64,000 bases of DNA from Raillietiella orientalis (GCA_036172245.1 JAYWIR010000056.1:682001-746000); one strand, 5' to 3'; positions 38,073-51,389 are shown, numbered from the stretch's first letter. Notes: generated by a model from the sequence alone, not told the origin. Translations and numbers: made by a program.

Positions 38073-39279
38073 AGGACGATCTCCATGGGCACGAGAGGTC
38101 CTGGGAGATGGAGGGGACGGTTGGGTGCCCCACTCGCGACCTTATCGTGGTGGGGACGAGGGAGCTCTTGCAGCAAACCAGGGAACACGGATACGGAGGG
38201 AGGTTCCGGCCGGATGTTTGGGCAGTTGCAGTCTTGGCGTGATCGCCGCGTCGCACGCGCTGTCGCCCCTCTGAAGTCCCAGAGGCGTCTTCCGCGCGGA
38301 GACGACAGCCATCCTTCTGGAAGCTAGAAGTTAGTTGGTGGCAACGCCCAGCAGCCCAGGCCAGGCGCCCGCAGCGACAGCCGAGAGGAAGTGCCTACAA
38401 AGCAAGTCCGTCGACTTGCGCGAAGCTCCCCCCTCCGCAGTGGTGCATCGGAACACACGAGTGCTGTACCGAGCCGACCACTTGGGGATCCCGAAATTCC
38501 TTCCCCCTTTCCCCTTCATGCCCTCCTCCCCTCTCCGTACCTTTGCTGAATCAATCCACTCCTTTCGAAGAAGCTGGCAGCGAGGGGCAACCAACCACCT
38601 TGCCCTCGCGTGGGGTTCGCGGTGGCGCATGAAACTCCGACCAAGCTTCCTCGGATCGTCCGCGAGATGGCAGGTGCTCGGGGACAACATCTGTGCGGAT
38701 CTCCAACTCTGGAAAAAGACGCGAGGGATTTCTTCATACCGAATCGCTCCCCCCCTACTTCCCTAGGCTTTCATGCCATTCCGGTTGACGGGAAGTTGAC
38801 GGGCTGGTTCACGGGAACGCGAGGCCCTCGTCCCTTCCGTTCGCTCAGCGAGTTCTCGGGCAGCAATTTCAAGTCCGGCTCAATAACCCCCTCGTGGCAA
38901 AGAACTGTTTGCTCCCCAAATAGAGAAACTGGCGTTCCGGAGAATCCACAAGGGCGGGCAGCGCCGTCTTGTTCCGGCTGTCCCCGAATGGAACGCCTCG
39001 GAGTAATTCGAAGGCGAAGTCCTGCAGAGGATGCCGCTGCTTACGGGCGGTGGCAGCGGCAGCCCAGCTCCCTCTCATGGGAGAAACTCCATGGGAGCCC
39101 TCTTCGTGCTGGAGGAGCCGCACTCGAAAGAACGAGAAGGGAAAATCAGCAGCGCGTGCCTTGCCCGGAGACGGCCAAAGACCGCGCAGCGACGAGCACC
39201 TAAAGAATGGGTGCTTGTTGAAACTGGCTGAACACTTATCTTAATCAAGAGTAGGGACGCGGCTGGCGAGGGCGACGGC

Positions 39280-40000
39280 TCCCTACATCAGAGTTATCCT
39301 TTTTATTTTTTGCAAAGTCCACCCGTTCCAGAAAGGATCGCTTTCATAGAAAAAAATTTCGCGGTGCCAGTGGAAGGAAGATGTACAGGAAGCAAACATC
39401 AACCGGACTGAAAATCCAGAGTCTGCTTGCCTGCGTCCGCATTCGTGACACTGCGTATCACGACCGCAGGGGCATTCGAACCAGCGGCATGATGGTTCGA
39501 ATGCCCCCATGAAGATCGGCGCCGACAAGTTGGATGCGTCGCGGGTTCCGAGTTCCTCCGCGAGATGATGCTCAAAGCGGCTCACGCTTCGGCAGCACAT
39601 TGTCAGGGTGCTCCCTGATCGCCTCGTCGACAAGCGACCAGGAATCGCGAGGTCCTTCCAGAAGTTTCAAGATTGCCCCGATGGATGGCCGTAAAGCATT
39701 CTGGGAAGACTCTTTGACAGGGTCCACCGGATCGTGGCGCTGCCAGGAATGATCCACATTGCTCTCTTCCTGTCGATCCGATCAGCCTCTCTGTCCTCAA
39801 ACTGTTTATTGGTCTACCGGTTCCCTTCAGGGTTGACTCCGTGGCGGTTTGATTCCGAAGACAGCACCTTTGATGTCACGCCGTCTCTTTTCTGGTGCGG
39901 TCCTCTCGATCTGCTCGCTTCTCCTTGGGAATCGTAAGCTTCTCAAGTTCCTTCTTGCAAAGCCGCTGTTGAGCACCCAGTTGAGGCAAGCAGTGCACAG
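39280..40000 (-). mobile_element. Decayed L1/Tx1-type ORF1 fragment
   Basis: GFSVRL....SSF....EIFFY resembles the ORF1 segment at 3.2-3.4 kb. Confidence 0.4.
39469..39507. repeat. Perfect 15-bp inverted repeat with 9-nt loop
   Basis: GGGGCATTCGAACCA gcggcatga TGGTTCGAATGCCCC. Confidence 0.95.
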
Positions 40001-43000
40001 AGTGGTCGCCCTCCTTTCCTCTTGGAGCACCGTCCCCGGCTTCAGCTTCGAGGACGCTCCCAGAACAGCCTAGTCAACTCCCACTGTTTCGGAACAGACC
40101 TCTGGATGTGGTCACCCGCTTGTCGCACGTCCCCCTGACCATCGTTTGGCTTGCTGAGGATCAGGGACGCCCCTGGTGGGTGAAGGATACCGGAATATCG
40201 AAGGGTTGGGTTATGCTTCTTGGATGGACCCTCAACCTGCTAATCAATAATTTAGCCAAGGCTGGGTACGACCTCGTTCGTATGGTGGGACCGGTGGCGA
40301 AGAAACCCCGCCGATGGCACTGTATGCGGCACGGCTGCAGTGGGCGTATTCGGCCGTTGAATTCAGATCGTGGAGTCACGGCGGTCCTGCACGGCCATTC
40401 TAAAGGAGTGTCGCAACTGGTGAAGGTGGAGCGAGACGCTGCTTTTGCAGATGAAGGCCCTTTGAAGGAGGAAGGTGGATGCTGCAGCGGAGGGAACGTT
40501 CCCTCTCCTTCCCCTCTCCCCTGTAAGACCTACAGAGGTTTCCCCTACTGGAAGCAGGTAGCCTCTCTCTCCGCTGGTTGTTTTTTTGTTTAAAAAAGAT
40601 GATGTTATGACCTAAAGCGATGATTGACAGAGACGGAGGGAAATTACAATCCAATCTTTCGTGGTGTCGTCGACTGGACCTAACTGGAAGCTGCTCAAGG
40701 TGTTACACTTCCTTCAGCACTTAAGCTTCTTTATTTTCACCGTTTTTGTGTTGAGATAGAGTTTCTAAAATCAGCAGAACAAGTTGTTTCTGGAACGCCT
40801 TCCACTCCGCCCTTTACCAGATACTCTGAATTTGCGAATGCACACGTGTGCCACGAGCTCTCTCCCGCTCTCTGTATGTTTTTGTGTGTATGTTTCCTCT
40901 TTCCTCCAGCTGGGAGAACTTTCACGTGGCGACCCAATAAACGCTGTTGCTTTGGGAACACCATCTTGTCGCGCTCACAGTGTCACGTGTGCGATTGCTG
41001 ACCAAGGCATCATCATAATCTCTAAGGGATGAAGAGGTCTAGATCGAGGGAGACACACGGGGCAGCACGCCTCTGCCGTCAAAGGCCCTCCTCGCGCAGT
41101 GAGATTTCACGATAACGATTTCACGATGTCACAATCCGGCAGGCCGCGTTCACACGAGACAGCTCGCCGCAGACTGCATCGAGGAGGCAGGAAGTTTCCA
41201 TGCAAATGAGAAATGAGTTTCTTGTCAGAAACGAACCAGCGGGCTCGAGGGGAAGTACGGAAGACATTCTTGTCTTGGGATGTCCCGGGAGTCGCCTGAA
41301 GAGGTCACATGCCTTTGCACCGGTGGAAAGTGTAGCCTTGCATTGGAATCAGCAAAACCCATTTGCGGAACTTTCACGTATACACGTGGCCTGCATCAGT
41401 TTGAGAGCCGTTACTGTATAAGAACTCTCTTGAGCTACAAGGAAGCTCAAGTGCCGGGCACATCTTGCTAAGCCTACGATAACTGCGATTGCTTCGAAGA
41501 AGAGTCGAAAAAATACATGAGCTCATGGCCAACGGCATTCCGCGAAGAAGCACAAGTAAAGGTCGAGTTAAAGTGAAGTTAGGTAAAATCGAGAAACTCT
41601 TACTCCAAAAGGATGGGAATGCAACGTATTGACAACCAAAACTACTGATCTATCCGCTACAATTGAGGCGAAGATTTGTACATATGAAAGTCGTGATACT
41701 CAATTGGAAACACGTCTTGCAGAGAGGAAAGAGGCATCTCAGCTTCTCAATTCGACTTGACATGTTGAAGTGCTACCGAGGATACGGTAATGTAGTTTTT
41801 AAACAACTCATGTCATGCAGGTTTTGCTGATTTTAGGGTTCATGAAGATCACATGATTTCTAGAATTAGACATACTGTCATTCACAATTGATGGAGCATC
41901 ACAATTCGGATATTGCACGCACAGAGGATTTTTGCTGAAAGATCGTGCCAAAAAGAGAGATGTAATTTTAAGCTCAATAAAATATTATGCTCTGTTTTTC
42001 AGGAGGTACCTGAATGTATCTGGTGGAATGAAAAGTGCAACAGTGTTTGTACCAACCCACTGTTGCGTACGAACTTCAGCGGGAAATTTCGTGTAAGGTT
42101 ACACTCCAACATTACAAAAAGAGTGGAAAATTCGTTAGATTGCTTTAGTATGGAAGAAAAAGTTCTGAAATGAATTTTCCTCAGCTATCCTCGATTGATT
42201 TTCACGTCTTCTCTGGAATAAAATATAACTGTATTTTTTTCAAAATTAAAAAAAAGAAGAAAGCAAGTAGCCAGTATTATTAATTATCAACTGTTCAGAA
42301 AAACTGCAAATTTCCTGTTGAAATTTCAAATTCACGAAAGACACGAATTCATTTTGAATTTCGAAACACATACAAATTGAAAAATTAGAATCTCAAAACT
42401 GCAACAGAGTTGAATTGCTAAGCAGATGTTTGGGCAGTCAGAAAATTCAATAGCAAAGCTAAACAAAATGCTACTTCAATAGATTAAGCTTGCCTATTTG
42501 AAAGCGTGAAATAAAATGCTACATGAGAATGGAACACTCGAAAGCAAAAGGGTCCACTCCTTCTAGTATCATTTTGATCCTTGAATTATAGAATGCATAA
42601 AAACTCTATGCTATCATAAAAAGGGTCACCGTGCTCATCATTATGAGAGAATACAATTTCCAGCCGAAAGAAAACTGGGATTCAGCTCTGGTGGAAAATG
42701 ATCAATAGATTCCAAAATTATGCATGATATCCTTGTCTAACTGGAAAGGAGAAACGGAAAAGAACATTTATGAAGATGCATTATTTTGAAGGGAAAAAAA
42801 AAACTAGAGTGCATTGTGAAGAAGAATAAGAAATGGACTATTGCAGACTACTGCTGAAGAGAGCGTAACGCCATAATGTCCAGGAAAGAGATTGAGGGTT
42901 TGTACTGTGGTCTCCGTCAAAATAATCTTGATGTACTTTTACAAGCGAAAACAAAAAGAAGACGTTCGGCACTGTTTAGGAATAAGACCTCTGGATCTGT

Positions 43001-43397
43001 GGAGTTTTCTCTTCAAGAATTGCTAGTTTCGGTAGAGTGGCTGTTTGGAACATGTATGAAACCTGTTAAGGAGAATGACTACATCACAAATTGAGGAAAC
43101 TTTGAGCAAAAGAAAGTGCTCCCTCCCTGAGTTGCTTTCGTTTTTAGTCTAAAGATGTTCAGATGCACAGCATGCGGGACGCGGACTGATTGAATCTGAG
43201 CAGGTTTTGTTTGCACACCTCTAATGACCCACCGATGTAGGTAATACTGTTGAGAAAGCTGGCAAATAGTCGTGGATACCCTGACGGAGTTCTCTCTGGT
43301 GGGCTTAACCTGTGAAGCGTTACACGTCAATAATTCGGTTCTACGTGTTATGGATATTTAAAAAGAAATTTCGTGTTAAAGTGTTCTTCCATCCACA

Positions 43398-44333
43398 ATG
43401 AATATTTTCAGATTAGCTGGAGATCTTGCTCACCTAGTGGCAATCGTAATTTTGCTAGTTAAAATGTGGAAATCCCGATCGTGTTCCGGTAAGAAATTTA
43501 ATCTCATTTTAGAAGCGTGCTGATGTCTGTGGGAAAAATTGGATGGTTTTAACTGTAGATCGATTGTTTCTAACCCAAAGTTGTTTGGGATTTGAAAAGC
43601 GGCGATAACAGTAATATTAAATGGCATGTTTTTCTAGGTATATCCGGAAGATCGCAAGTTTTGTTTGCTCTTGTGTATACCACTCGTTATTTGGATTTAA
43701 TTACTACATTTATCTCCGTTTATAATAGTATAATGAAAGTTGTGTTTATTTATACATCGTACACCACATTGTTTCTTATATATATGAAATTCAAAGCAAC
43801 TTACGATCATAACCACGACACCTGCAGGTAACATTTTTCAGACTTTGTGATACTAGAAAACTTGCCAAACTCCATTAGGCTAGAGTTTTTATTATTACCT
43901 GCAGCTGTTCTTGCAATATTGTGTAGTCATGACTGGACGATTATAGAAGTGAGTTAACAGCAAAATTTTGTTCTGTAAATATTCTCTCCTTATTAGGTAT
44001 TATGGACATTCAGTATTTTCTTAGAATCTGTTGCTATCCTTCCTCAATTATTTATGATCTCAAAGACTGGTGAAGCTGAAAGTATAACGTCCCATTATCT
44101 GTTTGCTCTTGGATCATATCGAGCTTTATATTTAGTCAATTGGGTGTATCGGTACTATATGGAATCATATTTTGATTTGGTTGTAGTTGTTGCAGGAATT
44201 ATTCAGACTATTTTATATTGTGATTTCTTTTATCTCTATATTACCAAAGGTAAGAAAGATTTCCAGTGACAGACAAAATAAAGAAAATGCTATTTCAGTG
44301 TTGAAAGGTAAAAAACTTCAATTACCTGCTTGA
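43398..44333 (+). CDS. KDELR: ER lumen protein-retaining (KDEL) receptor, 212 aa. Exons 43398-43488, 43638-43827, 43879-43948, 43997-44249, 44299-44333
   Basis: [78 protein letters not shown]; canonical GT-AG introns, 639 nt; AATAAA at 44434-44439. Confidence 0.97.
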
Positions 44334-46901
44334 TTCATAAGCTTTTGATGCATGCACAAGTTCAACTTCAATATGCTAAACAATAGATGCATTTGGGAAA
44401 ATATTAAGTGATCAACTAATGAAAGATTAGCTTAATAAAAGAATGCAAAAATTATATGTAATGCTCAGTGTACATATTCACTATCAAAGTTTAAAGTTTA
44501 AGTCATTATAGTAAATATTGAATGTATCAACCAAATTGTCGGTATAAATGCATGTATGTGTTTATATTACCATAAAAGACTTTGGATAAGTACATATTTT
44601 ATTAATTGTACATTATTGTAATGTGATTAATAAATTTTTGGCTGTGACAAACAATGTTGTCACAAGCTTGAAAAAATCAAATAGTTATTTGAAATTGAGA
44701 TTTATACTTTGAGATTTAAGAGTGGTGGTATACATGCCAGGTATGGGTGAAATACAATCTTTTGCATTTTCAATACTAAGGATTTCAGTGATCCAGCAAC
44801 TTCCATTAGCAGATAGTGAAATTGTAAGTAATTAAGTAATTAGAATGACTGAATACTTCCTGAGAATGCTCTGCTCTGTTTACAGATAAACAGATTGACA
44901 AAAAGTGCAGACTTCATGAAAATTTGTACCTGTTACACTTGTAATCGAATTAAACAATATGGATTTGAAGATCTGCATATTACTTCAAGAGTTGCAAAAT
45001 TCACAGGTAAACTAATGAACAGAACTTCATGATGTGATATTTTGGCATTAACATGATTCTGGAAATTAATCAGGGTGAAATACAGAGAACAAGCACTTAT
45101 TACGTTTCCAGTAAAAATATGAGCGTAAACAAAGACATAATTTGTTTCTGTGCTTGCCAAATTCCAAGGACAAAAACTGTTTGTTGATTGTTTATCAGAA
45201 CTTTGTCTTACATTGATTACTTGTTGAAAAACTGTATTGCAACAGAAGTACTGACAAGTGTATTTGATAGTTCAGGAAACAACTTAAAGAGGCAATGATA
45301 CTAATACATAATACTGATTGCATCAGTTAAAGTATGTATGAATATAAAAAAATAGAAGGGAAAAAAAATTGAAACTGGCATTGATTGATGAAGTTGTGGC
45401 TTTACAAACTATAAAACCAACAGACACTACAGAAAACTTGTTTTCTTTTCCTCCTTCCACAGTTTGATTTTAGAGACTTGCAAAGTCATTTGCACAAATT
45501 TAATAAAATTGGAATTTGCAACTTAAGTGCATTTAATCTCAAAAAGACATTTATTGCATGTTATGCAAAATTTACAAGTAGTATTTCCATGGTTTGATTC
45601 GAGAAGAAAACACTCCTAATATATCAAAGCAAAAAATTTGTGCATGTGTTTTTAGGAAGACTGATGGAGCAACCTAAAAAGTACACTTCATTTACAGTTT
45701 ACTTGAGATGAAATGAGATGAATTCTCAAAACGTAGCACCATGAACAGATTAGCTGTGTAACTGATAACTTAATCAGCTGTTAGTGAAACATTGCTTTGT
45801 CAATTGGAACATGAAATGAGTGTGTACATATGTACAAATTTATAGATGTATGGATGATATACAGATCTGGCATGATCATTTCACAATTTAGTAATTATAT
45901 CAATAACAGGCCAGAGAAATTTTCTATGCAAAATCCATCACAGGATGCTATAAAATCCACTGAAAATGAATGCAGCAAATGTATGATTCATACTTTATTA
46001 ATAATGATCACTGTATATTTACTTAAACTTCATATTTGCTCCTGCAAACACATGATGAAGATTTAATCATTGAGGATCGCTCTCTTCAAATCTATTTTGC
46101 GAACCTTTAGGTAATGGACACACAAAGTAATCTGACTCTGTCAGTGAAGCATTTCTTAATATATCTTCAATATGGCATTCAATTACTTCATCTGATCTTA
46201 GAGGAATATTCCTTGAGAAATGAATATGGTAATCAGTTGCATTACATTACGCATGACAAACCTTTGCTTAAGTTAAATGACTATTTTAAAAAATCACTCC
46301 TGTGTCATGCACAAATTGATAAATACACAAATGTGATTGCCACATTAATGATCAATTTACCAAACTTTCATAGAGTGAAGGGGTGAGTGAGGGCATGTCA
46401 CATAAAAGAAAACTTCGTTTCAACTGATAAAATAGACATTTAATAACACGCATTTACAGAACATGTGTTAAATTCCGCAACATATGTTCCAAAACCTTAT
46501 GCGTAAACCCCTCATACGCTTTAACCACGTTGCAAAGTTTAGTATAATTTGAGATCAGCATAAACAAACTAATACTTTAAATTACAGAGGGCGTAACTCT
46601 GACTATATGAAACACAGTTGTTTGCAACGAATCGTGGCACGTTACCAAACTAAACGTCTAGCATGCTTATTTTTTGTAACTGTTCTTGTTTTATAGTTAA
46701 AAGTAAACTTATGCTTGAAGGATATTGTGGTCTTTCATAGCGAATGCCATGGCTACTTGATACCGTAACTTGTGATATCGGAATAGCAGAACCCCACAAC
46801 GGCTTCTAATCACGTTTCAAACATGAGGTCGATGCATTTTGTAATAGCTCAACATTTATAAAACACGATCCTTAAACATTCTAGAAGCACACCGTACTTA
46901 A

Positions 46902-47324
46902 TCAATCGTTGTACTGTACACGCAATAGTACTTTGCTTCCCATTGGTGGGTTGACAAACAGCATGATCTTTATAGTACTACGATACCTGTCATCTAGCAC
47001 GTTGACTAAGGGCTCAACGGATTGCGTATCCACTCTATCCATAACACTGACAAAATTCACGACTTCATTTAGCCTTTCAACTGCACAATCTTCAGGCAGA
47101 TTAACAAGTGATAATCGCTCCAATTTTTGGATGTCACCTACATTTGCAACTCTACGTGTGCAGTCTAAACTTTTATAAATCGACGTCAAAGGATTCATGT
47201 TTTCCAGAACATGCAGCAGCACGTTCACTTTCACACGTTTCATCACCACAGAGATAAGGCAAGTTTGCCACATCACTTTTATAAATGCAGACCGAATTCC
47301 AAGTTCAGGGACTGCTGCTTTCAT
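46902..47324 (-). CDS. GATC: Mitochondrial glutamyl-tRNA(Gln) amidotransferase subunit C-like ORF; start codon and 3' structure uncertain
   Basis: IQKLERLSLV...AVERLNEVVNF...VDTQSVEPLVNVLDDR matches the GatC core (IEHLERLALV..VDTDGVEPM.SVLEDR); candidate donor AG|GTATCG after 46987. Confidence 0.75.
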   Translation of the reverse strand: MKAAVPELGIRSAFIKVMWQTCLISVVMKRVKVNVLLHVLENMNPLTSIYKSLDCTRRVANVGDIQKLERLSLVNLPEDCAVERLNEVVNFVSVMDRVDTQSVEPLVNVLDDRYRSTIKIMLFVNPPMGSKVLLRVQYND

Positions 47325-47899
47325 AGCTGAAATTGAGATTCACAGCACCTAAGGTGAATTGATTGCACAATTGAAGAAATTTTTTTTTTCCTCTATGATA
47401 AGCTTCAGTGATGATTTGATCTCATTTTTTTCCACTGTGATATCAAACCAGAGTGCACTCTGCGTAGACCGATAGAATTGAAATATAAAATTGACTACTA
47501 TTTTCGTGCATAATAAACATAACCATATAATTTGTTTTGTAGCACATTGATTAAATTATAATAACATACTTAATCGGACTAGAGTTACATGTACCAACAT
47601 TGAAAATTTTCGTAGATGCATTTTTTTAGACAGCGTTTTCCTAAGCACAAAAAAGCAAGAATTAGAAGAAAAACGAGGTATAATACATACTTTGGATTGG
47701 GTATTACAGTTAGCTTCTAATACAAAACGCAAACATGTGTCAACAGTGTTAATCATTATACACACAAAACCACGAACTGTTTATTAAGAAAATGAAAACA
47801 ATTGACTGTTCTCATAGCCTATCACTACTTTCATTTCTACTTTTTGGAAGAACCATTGCGATTATTTACTTTGGGAAAATTGGCAAAAATATTTTCACA

Positions 47900-49900
47900 G
47901 CACGTTCGGGAATCAAGAATGTTTCCAGAGATCTGTATCGAAAAACTGCTTCTCAGCTCTAAAACTTGAATCACTAGAAACGCCTCTTTTATTTCTTTCT
48001 AATGCTCAAAACTACTGCATACATTGAAAAATTCAGAAATTATTTTATGTTTTACACACTTAAAAAAAAAAGTTCATAACTGGTACATTTGCGCCTATTT
48101 TTGTAATTTACATCTTGATCAAAGCTCAATAAGCACACAGGCAGCAAAAACCATCATAGGTTCACAACACGTGATCGTGTTATCACATGAATACTCTTGA
48201 TGAAAAACAACAGCAGCAGCAGCCGAAAGAATAACAGCGGATTCAAAGTTAATGCATAGCATGAATCAATAATCTTACTTTTTAAAAATTCTGAAGATTC
48301 ATCTTTTTCTGCTCTTTCACCTTTTCTTATCAGCACTATCAATGATTTGCTTGATAGTGCTGATGCAAACCAAGATTCAGTTTTAAGTAATATTTCGTCG
48401 ATGAACGATCGAACGAAAACTTAGGTTAGTAAGCAAGAGGGTATTCATCTGAGGGAAAACTTTGCTTGCATCCATATTAGAAATTTTCTAGTGAAACCGG
48501 ATTCATGTTTTTTCCATTTGTATCCGTACAATTGATCCGATACTCTAGCTAAATATTCTCAGGTGCTCTTTCCAGGATTCATAGTGGCAATAGTTTTCGA
48601 CTCTGAACTGGAAATGTCTCTAAGCTTAGTGAAACTCTGAAATAAAGAAAAATATCTAGGAATCTTAAAGAAATCTAAAAAATCATTTCATACGTGCTCA
48701 CTTCACTCGGAAGAGCGTAGAGATGCCAAGCAATCTACGAATGGTTTCGTGTTTCTGAAAACGCAACGAAGTGCGTAGTTGAGCAACTCTTTCAAAAACG
48801 ATGACGTATAAAATTACCTCTCAAATTTTATTCTTCTTTTAATTCAAGCAGCAGTAATGTATTTGCTCCATTCTAGTGCTGCACATTCATTCGAGCTTGA
48901 CCTGCAAGCAAAGAACAATGTCATTCAAATATTTAAAGACCTGATATTATGTATTGACTTTGTCTGTTTATATACACAGTTTATATACTGATTTCTCCGA
49001 TGCAGTTCAAATCATTCATCTGACGAATGAAAGCTCAACGAATCGAATCCTGATTCTCATAATATCCGTCAATTTTCAGCCTTGCTTCAAAAAGACTGTT
49101 TAGACAAACTATTTTGACGAAAATCACAGAGAGAAGATAAAAAGCTTATCCGACTCATTTTCTGAATTTTAAATTTCACAGATCTGTATCGGTAGTTGCA
49201 GAAGTCGTTAGCTTGCAGAACCGAACCCTTTTACATTACCGGTGTCCTTAAATAATGGGACAATCTCTAAAGCACTTGTTCTGTCCATGATTCTGTGCAG
49301 CCACATAGAATTCTTCCACTAGTTCCAGACTTAAAGACAAATGAAAGGAATGAGCACATGTCGTGGTTTCATAAATTTGCTTCATACTCCCCAACAGTTC
49401 CGCAGTTATCAATTGTGAGCGCATTGCGAATGTTATTTCCCTTTTGCGAGAAGAAACACAACCAATCTACAATTCTCACTCTGCGCTGGAGTATCGGTGT
49501 CATGGCGTTTGTAGAAGGTCAGCCCAAATGAAGAAATGAGTCTTTGAGTATCCGCCACATCAGCGGTCAGTAAGCTTCTTCAGCAGATAAGGAAACCATC
49601 AACGTGACCTGAAGAATCCCATGCTGAACAGATTTCACCCGCCTACTCCGTCTTTTTCGGATGTGTTCAGCACTTATCTGATTGGTAGAATCAGGAAAGT
49701 GAACTGAACAGTTTGTGTTTGGCAGCTTAAAGTCTTGAGAACTCTCTATGAAGGAAAAACCGTACCATTTCGTGGACTTCTATTCTGAGTGCTGCAAGCA
49801 TTTGAGTACCTTCCGTTCTTGCTATAAAAAATTGCCCCAGCATCCTAGATTTCGTCAGCGCCTGGTGGGAAGTAAAAGGGGAGAAACAGGAAAGAAGGCT
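47900..49900 (-). mobile_element. Old AT-rich LINE reverse-transcriptase relic
   Basis: IVPLFK..G....FCNYR (about 49270-49185) matches the IVPLFKKG..C.NYRPISL motif of non-LTR RTs; many stops; limits uncertain. Confidence 0.5.
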
Positions 49901-50543
49901 GCATTATTTGAGGTCAAAAAGCAAACTTCAACATAAAGTGATGGTAACTGAGGATGTAATTTAGTTGCCACGTATGCTCGCTCACAATTCCGAGTTGATC
50001 TCCACCCTCAGTTACCAAGTTTAGTACACCCTAGTAAAGAATTCCATAACTGCAACCGCCGAATATTTGCTTGCTTTTTCCTCTGGTCTTATGGATTTCT
50101 TTTTTTTTCTTCCCCCCCCCCCCCATTGAGTGAGACTGCTTTCACCACGGCTCGTTCGTTTTTCAACTTCTAAGGCCGGCATCACTGTTCCAAGGAACCT
50201 GATCGATGAAGATGCTGCTTCAGCTCCTAGCTACCTAAGGGTGCCTACCCTCCTCCTTGAGGGAAAAGGATTTCTGTTTCCTCTCATTGGGGCAAGGGCT
50301 GCATTCAAGTGCGGCATGGATTTGTAGTTCCGTGCAGAAGTGGAAGCAAAAGGTGTGCAAGGGAGAAAGAGGCAGCTGTGAAGAGCTGATTTTCCTGGGA
50401 ATACCTTGCTGGGTCTCGTGGAACGTTTTCAATTGGGTAGGAGAAAAACGTAAATTCTTGCACTCTTTTTAAATGATATTTCAGATTTCCTTTCTCATTG
50501 CAAACGAAGCTCGGTGCTCCTTGAGGCTACTTCTCAGGAAAAC

Positions 50544-50609
50544 ATCCAATGCCGCAGTTCGGATTTAAATCTGAACGTTCAGATTTAAATCCGAACTGCA
50601 GCATTGGAT
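50544..50609. repeat. 66-bp spacerless palindrome (33-bp arms, one mismatch)
   Basis: Centre GAAC|GTTC at 50576/50577; mismatch at 50553/50600. Confidence 0.95.
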
Positions 50610-51389
50610 TAAGATTTAAATCTGGTAATGCTGGCAAAAGCTGCGCTTCCTGGAAACCAGATGACATCTGTCTTGAGCTCTGCGAACCTGACTGGCTGTA
50701 GAAGAGAAGAAATCGAGTAACACATGGAACACTTATGAGCACAAGATGGAGGCAAGTCTGTTGAATAAACAGCTACTTGCTAAAGCTAAACTACAATCGT
50801 ACGATTTTATTCTGTCTTTCAGCCTGTTCTCCCTATAACGGGCTTACCGATTCTTCTCTTTTCCTGTTGCATCAGACAGATGATGTCTTGACTTACTGCG
50901 TTCAAAGATATGACGAAAGAAATTCCGTTTACTGACTGTCTCGACCCTCCCGACACGCATATCTTATGCATGTGTGATCACGGTCGCGTGGAGCTGCTCG
51001 CTTAGCGAGACGCATGCCGAAAGAGCAACGCGGGGTTTCCAAGACCACCTCCCTCGACTGCATTTTCCTCCCTTCCCCTGGGAGTTTTCGCTGTTACGAT
51101 GAAAACGGACGGGTCCAGCATTCCCGGTCAGGTTAGCAGTCTCCTGTCGCGGTAATCGTTGCTGTTGGTTATTGCCACCTGGCACATTACGAAACTTCCC
51201 TTTACTAGCCGGTTAACATTCTTTAGAGGAACCCGGCAACCGGCCCTGAATACGGAAGTACCGTTCACGCCCCTGTTGCAAGCTCATTAAATGCTCGTTG
51301 AAAAGAACTTGCAATTGGTCACAAGGGTCTTCGGTGGATCCACGCAGAATCCTTTCAGATTCATCTGCTCCGCTGTTTTCCTTCCAGCC

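Noticed and set aside
39580..39600. CGCTTCGGCAGCACAT matches the vertebrate-type U6 snRNA 5' end
   Set aside because: Only 16 nt, with no continuation and no target-site duplication, inside a LINE relic; chance is plausible.
42300..43100. DNA transposase relic (RVTVL, LGFS, IADYC-like fragments)
   Set aside because: Motifs are too short and in inconsistent frames to assign.
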